Assembly (NCBI GenBank): GCA_037137655.1
Contig: JBAXJX010000002.1
Location: 165,730-229,729 of the forward strand
DNA: 64,000 nt
Reading direction: 5' to 3'
Origin: Candidatus Falkowbacteria bacterium
GTDB lineage: Bacteria; Patescibacteriota; Patescibacteriia; Patescibacteriales; UBA12465
Below, in pieces: positions 1 through 9,686 of this stretch (position 1 is its first letter; every line of letters starts with the position of its first letter). The notes beneath the pieces are model-generated. The model was not told where the DNA came from, made no database searches, and saw only the letters and a program-made list of their open reading frames with translations. The position numbers and the translations under genes were made by a program.

Positions 1-1541
1 GGCCACCAAAGGACTGTCACCAGTTAAAATTTTCATTTCAATTCCATGTTTAGTCATGAATTCAATTGTTGCTTTTGCTTCAAGTTTTGGTGGATCATAA
101 AAAGCGATAAAACCGGACAGAATCATATCAACTTCATCTTCTTTTTTGTAGGTTTCTTTTGTATCAGTTAAATCTTTGCTGGCAATAGCTAAAACTCTAA
201 AACCTTGACCACTTAGATCATCGTAGATCTTTTTTAAGGCTAATAGTTTTTTGTCATCTAATTTTTTGGTTGCATTGTTATCGCTATAGAATTTACAAAT
301 TTTAAAAACTTCTTCTGGCGCGCCCTTTAAAACCATTTTCTTTTCTAAGCCATATGTATAAATAATTGTAGATCGTTTACGTAAAAAGTCATAAGGGATT
401 TCATCAACTTTTTTATGATCAACTACAGAGAACTCTTTGAAACCGGTAATGGCTTTATCGAGAATACTTTTAATTCCAGTTTCAAAATGACTGTTAATGT
501 AAGCATGCTCCAACACGCTTTCATCTTCATTGCCAGCACCATTTAAATATTTAATAACAGTAATGCGATCTTGGGTTAGGGTGCCGGTTTTATCGGTACA
601 AAGAATGTCCATGCTGCCAAAATCTGGAATCGCGCCTAAGCGTTTTACAATCACGCCTTTTTTGGCCATGTTGATTGAACCCTTAGCCATATTAACACTC
701 ATAATCATCGGCAGCAGTTCTGGTGTTACACCAACGGCAACTGCCACAGAAAAAACTAACGACTCTAATAAGCCTTTGTGTTGCCAAGTGTTAATAATAA
801 AAATCGCCGAAACGATGAGTACGATAATTTTTATTAAAAAAGTACCAAATTTATTAATACCAAGTTCAAAAGCATTGCTTTGACTGTGTTCATTTATCTT
901 GTCGGCAATTTTTCCATATTCGGTGGCGCTACCGGTTTTAGTAATAATGACCTTGGCGAAGCCTGAAAGAACATTGGTGCCAGAATAAACAATATTTTGT
1001 TCATCACGTCTTTTTTCTACCGGAAAACTTTCACCGGTTAAGTTTGATTCATTAATAAAGAAATCGTCGGACTCAATAATTTGTCCATCGGCTGGGATGA
1101 TATCACCGGCTGACAAAGAAATAATATCTCCAGGAACAATTTTTTCAGCGAGGCATTTGCTTTCAGCGCCATCACGAATAATGACGGCGTAGAGGGCAAT
1201 TTTCTTAGCAATTTTTTCAGCGGCTTTGCCGGATTTATATTCTTGTTGAAAATTTAGAGCCACGCTTAATAATATCATGACTCCAATAACAATCGAGTTT
1301 CGATTGTCACCAGTCATGAGTGAAATTATGACGGCGAAGATTAAAATAATGATGACTGGATTTTTAAAATAAGTTAGGAATTTTAAAAATAGAGAAAGCT
1401 CCTCATTTTTTTTAGTTTTATTTGGCCCATAAACCGATAGGCGTTCCTTGGCTTCGTCAGAGCTAAGACCGGAGGCTGAACTTTTTAGGTCGGTAAAAAT
1501 TTTATCTAAACTTTGATTTTTAGTATTATTGTCTTCGTGCA
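1..1541 (-). CDS. P-type cation-transporting ATPase, N-terminal ~513 codons (gene runs off window start)
   Basis: Reverse-strand translation from the ATG at 1541 reads MHEDNNTKNQSLDKIFTDL...SSDEAKERLSVYGPNK. It carries the actuator motif LTGES (~1025-1040) and the phosphorylation motif CTDKTGTLT (~575-600). The ORF is open to the window edge, so it is missing from the ORF track. Confidence 0.9.
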
Positions 1542-1546
1542 TAAGT

Positions 1547-2212
1547 TTATTTTTTATTGTTCTCTTTTTTGTAGGCTAAATAAGAATAAATTGTAACACC
1601 AAGAATCATTTGTAGTGTTCCGAGGATGAAGATAGTTATATTCCAAGGATTACTTAAGTATGGTGCAATTATAATACTTAAACCCATGATGCTAAAAAAA
1701 TAAACACTAATATGGTGGGTTTTTTCCCAAACCGTCACGGAAGACATGGTCCAGGGTGTGCGAATACCAACGAACCAATTGCTCTTTATATCTTTTAACA
1801 TAAAGCCAATAGCAATCATCATAGCGCCAATAATTAAGGAGACGCTTTTTCCGATGTTAATTAGGTAGCCGAGATTGGAAAGTAGGCTGATAGTATAAAT
1901 GGCCGTGAGCACTCCAATTAATAAGGTTTTAAAATTAGTATAGGTTTCAGCAAAATCAATGTAGTTTTCTTTTTTAGGATCAAAGAAGGGTAGAGCAAGA
2001 AAAAGACCATATATAAAAATAGTTAGGCCAGGGAAGAATAAGAGAAAAAAAGTTTTGCTAGACCAACCATTAGCCTCACCGGCTAGATTCCAGTGAGTAA
2101 CAATTTGGTCATTTAAATTTGGATAGGAAACGGCGCTTAAAACGAGTGTGAATAAAATTAAAATAATAGATGGCAATTCTTTCTCAATATTATATTTGAT
2201 TGGATTTGGCAT
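1547..2212 (-). CDS. SdpI/YhfL-family (DUF1648) integral membrane protein
   Basis: 221 aa and multi-TM. The N-terminal motif VTHWNLAGEANGWSSK is typical of DUF1648/SdpI. Confidence 0.65.
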   Translation of the reverse strand: MPNPIKYNIEKELPSIILILFTLVLSAVSYPNLNDQIVTHWNLAGEANGWSSKTFFLLFFPGLTIFIYGLFLALPFFDPKKENYIDFAETYTNFKTLLIGVLTAIYTISLLSNLGYLINIGKSVSLIIGAMMIAIGFMLKDIKSNWFVGIRTPWTMSSVTVWEKTHHISVYFFSIMGLSIIIAPYLSNPWNITIFILGTLQMILGVTIYSYLAYKKENNKK

Positions 2213-2264
2213 ATTTTACATTTTTTAATTATAAGTTTATGATATTTGTATTATAACATAAATT

Positions 2265-2954
2265 ATGGATAATCTAAATAAAAAATCTGGCTTTATTCTT
2301 ATTGATAAGCCGTTTGGTCGATCATCGCATTCTATTGTATGGCAATTGCGGCGCATCACCCAAATTAAAAAAATTGGACATGCTGGAACGCTCGATCCGC
2401 GCGCTACCGGTTTGTTAATTTTGGCGATTGGCCGGGAAGCGACCAAACAAATAAGCCAATTTGTGAAAATGGACAAGGAATACGTAGCTGAAGTATTTTT
2501 AGGTAAAACTACCAGCACTTATGATAGTGAGGGTGAAATTACAAATGAATATCAAGGTGAAAAAATTAAACGGCGAGCAATAAGAATAGCTTTAAAGAAG
2601 TTTAAGGGTGAACAGTTGCAAGTCCCGCCGATGTTTAGCGCTAAAAAGGTTAATGGTAAAAAATTATATGAATTGGCACGCAAAGATATTGAAATTGAAA
2701 GACTTCCTAGTAAAATTACCATTTACAAAATAAAGATTTTAAAATATTCCTGGCCAAAATTAAGTTTACGTATCTATTGTTCCAGTGGTACTTATATTCG
2801 GTCGATTGCTTATGACTTAGGGCAAGAACTTGGTTGTGGGGCATATTTATCAGCTTTGCGCCGTACAAAAATTGCTAAATTTAAAGTTTCTCGGGCTAAA
2901 AAGATTGATAAGGTTAATGAAAAAAATTGGCAGAAATATTTATTTTTCAAATAA
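2265..2954 (+). CDS. truB: tRNA pseudouridine(55) synthase TruB
   Basis: 229 aa with the catalytic-Asp motif GHAGTLDPRATGLL, plus PPMFSAKKVNGKKLYELAR. Confidence 0.93.
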   Translation: MDNLNKKSGFILIDKPFGRSSHSIVWQLRRITQIKKIGHAGTLDPRATGLLILAIGREATKQISQFVKMDKEYVAEVFLGKTTSTYDSEGEITNEYQGEKIKRRAIRIALKKFKGEQLQVPPMFSAKKVNGKKLYELARKDIEIERLPSKITIYKIKILKYSWPKLSLRIYCSSGTYIRSIAYDLGQELGCGAYLSALRRTKIAKFKVSRAKKIDKVNEKNWQKYLFFK

Positions 2955-2990
2955 AAAAGGAACTACATGTTGCGTAATTCCTTTTGTTGT
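2952..2990. terminator. Bidirectional intrinsic terminator between truB and the 3003-3230 gene
   Basis: The hairpin aaggaactac/gtaattcctt is flanked by an A-tract upstream and a T-tract downstream. Confidence 0.6.
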
Positions 2991-3002
2991 TTTTGATGTT
3001 GA

Positions 3003-3230
3003 TTAATTTTTGTTAAATAATTTTTGAAACTCTGGGTCATTTTCATTGTCGACGATTCTAAACGAGTAATTCGAGTTTTTTGTTTTTATTTCTTTTCTTT
3101 CGACATCGATGCGCACGATGCGTCCGGTAATAATGCTATTACCTTGGTCTAATCGTAATGATTTACCATTTTCAGCGGCTTCTTTTAATATTCCGGCGAT
3201 TGTTGGTTGATCATTTTTCGGTGTAAGCAC
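3003..3230 (-). CDS. Small hypothetical protein, paralog of 3378-3707 (N-terminus apparently frameshifted or truncated)
   Basis: 75 aa from a GTG start. The C-terminus YSFRIVDNENDPEFQKLF matches YSVRIVEDDNDEEFKKW of the neighbouring gene. The family ATG (ATGGATAAAAAT, 3261-3259) is out of frame by one nucleotide. Confidence 0.55.
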   Translation of the reverse strand: MLTPKNDQPTIAGILKEAAENGKSLRLDQGNSIITGRIVRIDVERKEIKTKNSNYSFRIVDNENDPEFQKLFNKN

Positions 3231-3307
3231 AAGTTTTGTGCCAGTATCTATTTTTATCCATGACTGTATATGTTTTTAAGTTACAATTATTAATTTCTTA
3301 ATTATGA

Positions 3308-3336
3308 AGTTTAGCGAAATTTTAGGTATTTGTCAA
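3308..3336 (-). promoter_or_regulatory. Sigma70-type promoter for the 3003-3230 gene
   Basis: Minus strand reads TTGACA-aatacctaaaatttcgc(17)-TAAACT. It is a near-duplicate of the promoter at 3755-3783. Confidence 0.55.
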
Positions 3337-3368
3337 TAAAAAAGGAAATTATATTGCAAATTTCCTTT
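3335..3368 (-). terminator. Intrinsic terminator of the 3378-3707 gene
   Basis: 9-bp stem aaggaaatt/aatttcctt, followed on the minus strand by TTTTTTAT. Confidence 0.65.
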
Positions 3369-3377
3369 ATGATATTT

Positions 3378-3707
3378 TTAGATGCTCCATTTTTTGAATT
3401 CTTCATCATTATCATCTTCGACAATTCTGACTGAATAAATGGATTTTTGTGTTTCCATAATAAGTATTGTTTTTGTGTCGCATAATTGATTATAGCTAGC
3501 AATAACATTACTGGTAGTGGCTCGACCATCAAATTCTTTTAAATAAAGTGGTCTGCCATATTCTACATCCATGGTTAGGGTTCCGCTTAATTTTTGTCCG
3601 ATTTCAAAGACTGATTTAACTCTGGGTTTTTTCAGTATTTTAGTAAGGACAATTTTGGTACCAGTTTTAATGACGACTTTTCTTTCGTCCTCTAAATTTT
3701 TCTCCAT
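3378..3707 (-). CDS. Small hypothetical protein (paralog of 3003-3230)
   Basis: 109 aa from the ATG at 3707 (MEKNLEDERKVVIKTGTKIVLT...), preceded by an agagagg SD-like sequence. It shares the TGTK(I/L)VLT and YS(V/F)RIV..(D/N)..EF.K motifs with its neighbour. Confidence 0.7.
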   Translation of the reverse strand: MEKNLEDERKVVIKTGTKIVLTKILKKPRVKSVFEIGQKLSGTLTMDVEYGRPLYLKEFDGRATTSNVIASYNQLCDTKTILIMETQKSIYSVRIVEDDNDEEFKKWSI

Positions 3708-3754
3708 AATTACCTCTCTTTCTTTTTTTGTTAAGTTGCGACGCTTATTTAATA

Positions 3755-3783
3755 AAATTAGCAAATTTTAGGCAATTTGTCAA
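3755..3783 (-). promoter_or_regulatory. Sigma70-type promoter for the 3378-3707 gene
   Basis: Minus strand reads TTGACA-aattgcctaaaatttgc(17)-TAATTT. Confidence 0.55.
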
Positions 3784-3847
3784 TGTTTGCCAAATCATTT
3801 TAAAATGCTAGGATGAAAGATATTAAAATTTATAATAATAAAAAAAT

Positions 3848-4204
3848 ATGACCAACGAACATCAATGTCCAAAATGTAAATCGGAAAGTACCTACCAAGA
3901 TAAAAATATGTGGGTTTGCTTGGAATGCTTTCATGAATGGAATCCGGCTGATTTAAATGAAGCGTCCGAGAATGAGTCATCTGAAAAAATAGTACTTGAT
4001 TCTAATGGTAATGTTCTTAGTAACGGCGATTCAATAACGGTTATTAAAGATTTAAAGGTAAAAGGCTCAGCCTCTGGAATTAAGGCTGGCACTAAAGTAA
4101 AAAATATATTATTAGTTGATAAACACGATGGTCATAATATCTCCTGTAAAGTTGACGGTGTCGGCGCGATGTTTTTAAAGTCAGAGTTTGTGAAGAAAGC
4201 GTAA
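3848..4204 (+). CDS. yjdM: Zinc-ribbon protein YjdM/PhnA family
   Basis: 118 aa. N-terminal CPKC...CLEC zinc ribbon, and a C-terminus [27 protein letters not shown]...KSEFVKKA almost collinear with E. coli YjdM. Confidence 0.88.
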   Translation: MTNEHQCPKCKSESTYQDKNMWVCLECFHEWNPADLNEASENESSEKIVLDSNGNVLSNGDSITVIKDLKVKGSASGIKAGTKVKNILLVDKHDGHNISCKVDGVGAMFLKSEFVKKA

Positions 4205-4231
4205 ATTATTTTCTGCAAAAATTTTTCAAAT

Positions 4232-4267
4232 AAAAAAGCTCCGAATAAATTCGGAGCTTTTGGTTTT
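4232..4267. terminator. Bidirectional intrinsic terminator (yjdM / 4274-4957 gene)
   Basis: Reads aaaaa-agctccgaa-taaa-ttcggagct-tttggttttt. Confidence 0.75.
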
Positions 4268-4273
4268 TATATT

Positions 4274-4957
4274 TTAATATGAGCCTGGTTTTCGGATAGC
4301 TTTTATTTTGGCTATTTCGGCTCGTAAAATTATTACATCTGGTCTTGTTTTAAGATTTATTATTTCTAGATCCGCTTCTAATTCATTAATAACTTTATCA
4401 CTTAAATAGTATTCTTGAATGGTGCGGTGCAGATACCAGTGTAGCAACATAAGTTTTTTGGCGTCATTAATACCGGCGAGAGCGTTTGGTTCTTTTAAGG
4501 TAGTTTCGGTAATGATTTCACTTAAGCGCCGACCCGGTATTATGCGAAAAGCTAAATCTAGTTCGTTTCTAAAATAATTTTCCGATTCTAAACAAAGAGT
4601 TATTAAATCTCCCAGCTCTTCAATTTTCCAAGCATAAAAAGCTTCCACAAAATATAATTTTAATGTTTCTTTTAAATCATTAGTTTCTTTTTGTGGTAGC
4701 GATAGACAATTTTTAATAATTGTAAAAGCGGGGTCATAATCGATGCGTTTTTCGTTGAGATTTTTTGTGGCCTCGAATTTAATTTTGTTAATTTTTTTCT
4801 GACGGTATAAATTTCTGATTATTAATCCGATAATTAAACTAATAATAATTATTCCGATAAAGATAAGAACTGTTCCCATGACTATTTTTTTAAAGGTTTG
4901 TGTTGTTAAAGTGCTAAATTGATTTAAAATCTTAGTATTAATATATTGTTTTGTCAA
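4274..4957 (-). CDS. Hypothetical membrane-anchored protein
   Basis: 227-aa ORF with one TM segment (VLIFIGIIIISLIIGLII). No family recognised. Confidence 0.65.
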   Translation of the reverse strand: MTKQYINTKILNQFSTLTTQTFKKIVMGTVLIFIGIIIISLIIGLIIRNLYRQKKINKIKFEATKNLNEKRIDYDPAFTIIKNCLSLPQKETNDLKETLKLYFVEAFYAWKIEELGDLITLCLESENYFRNELDLAFRIIPGRRLSEIITETTLKEPNALAGINDAKKLMLLHWYLHRTIQEYYLSDKVINELEADLEIINLKTRPDVIILRAEIAKIKAIRKPGSY

Positions 4958-5001
4958 TTAAAATAAAAAGACCCGGTAAAACCAGATCTTTTTATTTCTT
5001 G

Positions 5002-5073
5002 GGTGCCTACTGGGAGTTGAACCCAGACTACCTGGACCACAACCAGGCGTTCTACCGCTAAACCATAGGCACC
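5002..5073 (-). tRNA. tRNA-His (anticodon GTG)
   Basis: Reverse complement GGTGCCTATGGTTTAGCGGTAGAACGCCTGGTTGTGGTCCAGGTAGTCTGGGTTCAACTCCCAGTAGGCACC. It folds as a cloverleaf with anticodon loop TTGTGGT and the G-1:C73 pair typical of tRNA-His. CCA is not encoded. Confidence 0.9.
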
Positions 5074-5090
5074 ATTCTATATAAAATTAA

Positions 5091-5627
5091 TTATATTTCG
5101 TAAATGTATGTCGTTTCATTATTATTCTGAATTGTCTTTTTTAACTCTAAACCAGGAATGGAAAACATATAACTGATTATTAATGTTCCGCTGCGACATT
5201 CCTTTTTAACTTTTTCTGCTAATTTACCCATCATGCTCGGAATTAAATAGCAGTAAATTAAATCGGCGTGACTAATATCAGTTTTGTATAAATTTTGCTG
5301 AATTAATTTGATATTACTTTTTACTTTTTTTAGTAAAAATTTACCTATCAAATAAGGAACAAGTGAATATTCAATTCCAATTAAATTGGCTTGAGGTTGA
5401 ATTTTTTCAGCGGCTTGTAAGAATTTTGCTGGACCAGCTCCTAATTCAAAAATTGTGACGTTCGGTTTTAAGGTAACGCTGTGCAAAATCAGATCAGTCA
5501 TCTTGGTGTTGATTGTGAAAAAAGGGAACAGTGGGGCAAAACCGCGATAAACAATGTTGAAGAAATCATTAGATGCCCAAATTAAAATCGCTAATAAAAT
5601 TAACCCAAGAATGATTAAAAAAGCCAT
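5091..5627 (-). CDS. Class I SAM-dependent methyltransferase with N-terminal TM segment
   Basis: 178 aa with motif I-like IFELGAGPAKF. Confidence 0.6.
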   Translation of the reverse strand: MAFLIILGLILLAILIWASNDFFNIVYRGFAPLFPFFTINTKMTDLILHSVTLKPNVTIFELGAGPAKFLQAAEKIQPQANLIGIEYSLVPYLIGKFLLKKVKSNIKLIQQNLYKTDISHADLIYCYLIPSMMGKLAEKVKKECRSGTLIISYMFSIPGLELKKTIQNNNETTYIYEI

Positions 5628-5654
5628 ATTTTTGAATATTTAATTATTTCTTTG

Positions 5655-5726
5655 TGCGCCCGGATGGAATCGAACCATCGTATTTAGCTTAGAAGGCTAA
5701 TGTTCTATCCGCTGAACTACAGGCGC
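5655..5726 (-). tRNA. tRNA-Arg (anticodon TCT)
   Basis: Reverse complement GCGCCTGTAGTTCAGCGGATAGAACATTAGCCTTCTAAGCTAAATACGATGGTTCGATTCCATCCGGGCGCA. Anticodon loop is CTTCTAA. Confidence 0.9.
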
Positions 5727-5775
5727 AGACATCCTTGTTAGGGAAAAATTCTTTTTCAATTTATCAGAAAGATGT

Positions 5776-6567
5776 TTAAAAGTCAACAAAGTCTCTTTGG
5801 CGCTGGCCTTCATATATAATGATAGCAGTTGAGACGGAAACATTCAAAGAGTCGATGTTATCTTTCATCGGGATTTTGATCTCAGTTTTGATTTCATCGA
5901 GCCATTTAGTGCTAATTCCAAATTTTTCTGTGCCCATAATGATAGCAAAGGGGGTGCTTAAATCGACTTGATGATAAAACTTTTTGGCCGTGATTGTGGT
6001 GGCCAAGGCTTTTATTTTGTTTGATTTTAGCCATTTTATCGTTTCGTCTATTGACATAACAACGGTTTGTTTGCTAAAAATATGACCCATACTAGCACGG
6101 ATTACGTTGGGGTTGTAAATATCTGTTTGTGGATCATTAATGATTACAGCATCTACCCCGGCCGCGTGGGCTGTGCGCAGTATAGCACCGAGATTTCCTG
6201 GTTTTTCGACAGCTTCTAAAATAATAATAATCGGATTTTTACTGAGTTTAATTTCTTCTGGGGCTAAATATTTTGGTCGGGCTAAAGCTAAAAAACCATC
6301 AGGATTTTCTTTGTAGGCAATTTTTTGGAAAACAAGTTCGCTCACGATATTAGTTTCAATCGGTAACCAAGCTGGAGTTTTTGCTCCGCCGATAATTTCT
6401 GGACAATAAAAAAAGTCCACAATTTCAATTTCGGAGTCGATGGCCATTTTGATTTCGCGCTCACCTTCAATAATTATTAAATTTTGTTTGCGGCGTTCGT
6501 GCGCTTTTTGCAATTTAATAATTTTTTTGATTTTTTCGTTTTGCGGACTACTAATTATATTTTCCAT
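5776..6567 (-). CDS. TrmH/SpoU-family RNA 2'-O-methyltransferase (RlmB-like)
   Basis: 263 aa with the SpoU motifs EKPGNLGAILRTAHAAGVDAVI, IIMGTEKFGIS and SLNVSVSTAIIIYE. Confidence 0.85.
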   Translation of the reverse strand: MENIISSPQNEKIKKIIKLQKAHERRKQNLIIIEGEREIKMAIDSEIEIVDFFYCPEIIGGAKTPAWLPIETNIVSELVFQKIAYKENPDGFLALARPKYLAPEEIKLSKNPIIIILEAVEKPGNLGAILRTAHAAGVDAVIINDPQTDIYNPNVIRASMGHIFSKQTVVMSIDETIKWLKSNKIKALATTITAKKFYHQVDLSTPFAIIMGTEKFGISTKWLDEIKTEIKIPMKDNIDSLNVSVSTAIIIYEGQRQRDFVDF

Positions 6568-6610
6568 ATTTGTTAGGGTTTATAAGTTAATTTTACAGTA
6601 ACTTACAATA

Positions 6611-6640
6611 TTGTCAAAATTTCAATTTTTCGTGTATAAT
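6611..6640 (+). promoter_or_regulatory. Sigma70-type promoter (extended -10) for the LCP-der-pth operon
   Basis: Reads TTGTCA-18 nt-tgTATAAT. Confidence 0.5.
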
Positions 6641-6683
6641 TTTTATATAAATTAATTAAAAATTTGTGATGCGTGGCGATTTT

Positions 6684-6707
6684 TTATTGCCAAGAGCTTG
6701 GCAATAA
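6684..6707 (+). promoter_or_regulatory. Perfect 11-bp-arm palindrome in the leader of the LCP gene
   Basis: Reads ttattgccaag-ag-cttggcaataa, ending 15 nt before the ATG at 6723. Confidence 0.4.
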
Positions 6708-6722
6708 AGTTTATTATTTTCT

Positions 6723-8198
6723 ATGGCGGAATTAGATTTGGATTTTAAAGAAAAGATTGATGCTGATGAAGCGCGCCGCGCCAAGTTGCTTCGAAAAAAA
6801 GAAAAATTGGCAAAAATTTTTTATGTTTTTGGTTTTTTAATAGCTGTCTATATAATTTTTTCGATCACGATGATTATTACCGGTGATAGTTCGGAAACTT
6901 GGTATGAACGTTTGCCGATTGTTGGACAACTTTTTTCTGACACTGCCAATAAACAAGTGATGGGCGAGAGTGATGATCGGATTAATATTTTACTGATGGG
7001 CATGGGTGATAAAGGTCACGATGGTGCTTACTTAACCGATACAATGATTTTAGCTAGTCTAAAACCATCGACCAAGGAAGTGGTGTTATTTTCTATACCG
7101 CGTGATATGTGGGTGAAAATGCCAGATGGTGGTTATGGTAAGATAAATTCGATTAATGCTTATGCGGAAAAAAATCATCAAGAGGGTGGTTTGGTTGCTA
7201 TGCAGGCGGTAAGTGAAATGTTTGAATTACCAATTCAATATTATGTGCGCGTAGATTTTTCCGGTTTTGTAAATATTGTTGATGAACTTGGTGGTGTGAC
7301 GGTTGACGTGGAAAATACTTTTGACGACTACACTTATCCAGCTGCTGGCCAGGAAGATAATCCGGATTACTATGCTCGTTTTGAACATTTGCATTTTGAT
7401 AAAGGAGTGCAAACTATGAATGGAACAACAGCTTTAAAATATACTCGTAGTCGCCATGCGCTTGGACCGGAAGGTTCTGATTTTGCTCGTGGTAAGCGTC
7501 AACAAAAAGTGATTGCGGCGGTAAAGGAAAAACTATTACAGAAAAGTAATTTGTTACATCCTGGTATGTTGGCAAGTATTGCTATGCAATTAAAAGATCA
7601 CTTCGCTACCAATGTTAGTATTGTTGATGGTCTTAAAATTTGGAGTTTATTTAAGGAGGCTGGTAAAGATAAAATTCATAGCGAATCATTTGATAATTCG
7701 CCGGGAAATTTTTTACATGATTCTGTTAGTGCAGCCGGGGCCTACATTTTATTACCTAGTGCTGGCAACTTTTCTAAGATGACGGAGTTTATAAAAAATA
7801 TTTTTGATACCTTAGCTCCAAGTCAATTGGATAATGCGGAATTAAAGATTGATACCCCAGCTTCGGTGGAAATTAAAAATGGCACCAATATCAGTGGTTT
7901 GGCGGCAACTGTCTCGGAAAAACTAAAAACGGCCAATTTTGACGTTTCCGCGGTCAGTAATTCTAGTAAAAGAGACTTTAGTCAGGCTGTTATTTATGAT
8001 TTAACCTATGGTGATAAGCCGGAAGCCTTAAATGTCCTAAAAACCAAGCTTGGGGCGCTGGTAGAGACAAACTTGCCAGAATGGTTGCTTAATGACATTA
8101 AAACTGATATAAAGAATAATCCCTCTAAGATACGTCCGGATTTCATCTTAATCCTAGGACAAAATAATAATCAAACAACTTCAACAACCTTGAATTAA
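6723..8198 (+). CDS. LytR-CpsA-Psr (LCP) family cell-envelope phosphotransferase with LytR_C-like C-terminal domain
   Basis: 491 aa. N-terminal TM segment, then INILLMGMGDKGHDGAYLTDTMILASL and ALKYTRSRH motifs. Confidence 0.85.
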   Translation: MAELDLDFKEKIDADEARRAKLLRKKEKLAKIFYVFGFLIAVYIIFSITMIITGDSSETWYERLPIVGQLFSDTANKQVMGESDDRINILLMGMGDKGHDGAYLTDTMILASLKPSTKEVVLFSIPRDMWVKMPDGGYGKINSINAYAEKNHQEGGLVAMQAVSEMFELPIQYYVRVDFSGFVNIVDELGGVTVDVENTFDDYTYPAAGQEDNPDYYARFEHLHFDKGVQTMNGTTALKYTRSRHALGPEGSDFARGKRQQKVIAAVKEKLLQKSNLLHPGMLASIAMQLKDHFATNVSIVDGLKIWSLFKEAGKDKIHSESFDNSPGNFLHDSVSAAGAYILLPSAGNFSKMTEFIKNIFDTLAPSQLDNAELKIDTPASVEIKNGTNISGLAATVSEKLKTANFDVSAVSNSSKRDFSQAVIYDLTYGDKPEALNVLKTKLGALVETNLPEWLLNDIKTDIKNNPSKIRPDFILILGQNNNQTTSTTLN

Positions 8199-8205
8199 TA
8201 ATTAT

Positions 8206-9660
8206 ATGGAAAAAGAATTAGGACCAATCGTCGCGCTTGTTGGCCGTACCAATGTTGGTAAGTCAACCTTATTTAATCGCTTGACCGAAAGAAATCAAGC
8301 TTTAGTTTCTAATATTGAAAACACGACTCGTGATAGTAATATCGGGCCAGTGGAATGGTTGGGAACGTCTTTTTCTTTGGTAGATACTGCCGGTGTCATT
8401 GATATTAAATATTTAGTGAGCGGTAAGGCAGCTACCAAGAAATTAATGAAGGAAAATGCCGTTAATACTAAAACTCAAAAACAAGTAGCCGACTTCTTTA
8501 AAAGAGCTACTCTAATTATTTTTTTAGTAGATGGTCAAAGTGGATTACTTCCAGCGGATAAAGAAATTGGTGCTTTTTTAAAGGCCGATCAAACTTTTAG
8601 TAAAAAAACTTTGTTAGCGGTAAATAAAGTTGATAATTTTAAAAATCGCAGTGAAGCTTCAGAATTTAATAAGCTAGGTTTAGGTGAGCCAGTAATGTTT
8701 TCAGCGGCGACCGGATCTGGTACGGGTGATCTTTTAGATTTAATTATTACCAAACTTAAAGTTAAAAAGAATAAAGTTAAAAAAGAGGGCGAGGAAGTTG
8801 AAGAAGTGCCAAAAATTAATGTTTGTATCTTTGGTAAACCAAATGTGGGTAAATCTTCACTTTTAAATTCTTTATTGGGTTATGAGCGGGTGATCGTAAG
8901 TGAAATTCCTCATACCACACGTGAACCACAAAATACTGAAATAATTTATAAGGGTAAAGTAATTAATTTGATTGATACGGCCGGTATTAGTAAACATGGT
9001 CATAAAATGAAAGGTTTAGAAAGTAGTAGTATTGGTCGTTCCATGATGATGATGCATAAGGCGGATATTGTTTTGTTAATGTTGGATATTAATTCAGAGA
9101 TTACTCACCAAGACGCTTCATTAATTTCCGAAATTGTGGAAAGTGGAAAAAGCTTTGTGATCTTGGCAAATAAATGGGATTTAGTTTCGGAGCGCAACAC
9201 TAAAAAATTTACTGATTATATTTATGGTAAGTTACCATTTGTAATGTGGGCGCCGTTACTTTTTATTTCCGCATTATCCGGTGAAAAAGTTAATAAAATT
9301 TTTGATTTAATTTTAACTATTGGCGAAGCGCGCTCTTTGCGTTTAAGTGATTCACAATTGGATCATTTCTTAAGTCGCATCGTTAAAATTCATAAACCAT
9401 CAAAAGGTAAGGGTGTTAAACATCCTCGTATTTATGAATTATCCCAAACTCATTCTAATCCACCGAAATTTGAATTGCGTATCGGTCACGCTGATGATTT
9501 ACACTTTTCTTATATTCGCTTCGTGGAGAACCGTTTACGGGAAAAATATAGTTTTATTGGTACACCGATTAAAATTAGAGTTTCGAAAACTAAAAAAATC
9601 CATGGTATCGGCGATGCCGGCCCTAATCGTAAAGAGTCTAAAACTCCAGATTTTGTTTAG
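8206..9660 (+). CDS. der: Ribosome-biogenesis GTPase Der (EngA)
   Basis: 484 aa with two G domains (GRTNVGKSTLFNRL and GKPNVGKSSLLNSL; DTAG twice; NKVD/NKWD) plus a KH-like C-terminus. Confidence 0.93.
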   Translation: MEKELGPIVALVGRTNVGKSTLFNRLTERNQALVSNIENTTRDSNIGPVEWLGTSFSLVDTAGVIDIKYLVSGKAATKKLMKENAVNTKTQKQVADFFKRATLIIFLVDGQSGLLPADKEIGAFLKADQTFSKKTLLAVNKVDNFKNRSEASEFNKLGLGEPVMFSAATGSGTGDLLDLIITKLKVKKNKVKKEGEEVEEVPKINVCIFGKPNVGKSSLLNSLLGYERVIVSEIPHTTREPQNTEIIYKGKVINLIDTAGISKHGHKMKGLESSSIGRSMMMMHKADIVLLMLDINSEITHQDASLISEIVESGKSFVILANKWDLVSERNTKKFTDYIYGKLPFVMWAPLLFISALSGEKVNKIFDLILTIGEARSLRLSDSQLDHFLSRIVKIHKPSKGKGVKHPRIYELSQTHSNPPKFELRIGHADDLHFSYIRFVENRLREKYSFIGTPIKIRVSKTKKIHGIGDAGPNRKESKTPDFV

Positions 9661-9686
9661 AAAAAATTTATCTCCTTTATTATATA

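Noticed and set aside
530-883. 117-aa plus-strand ORF in the ORF track.
   Set aside because: It lies antisense inside the clearly recognisable P-type ATPase gene, whose DKTGT motif is on the opposite strand. Its sequence is low-complexity and I recognised no motif.
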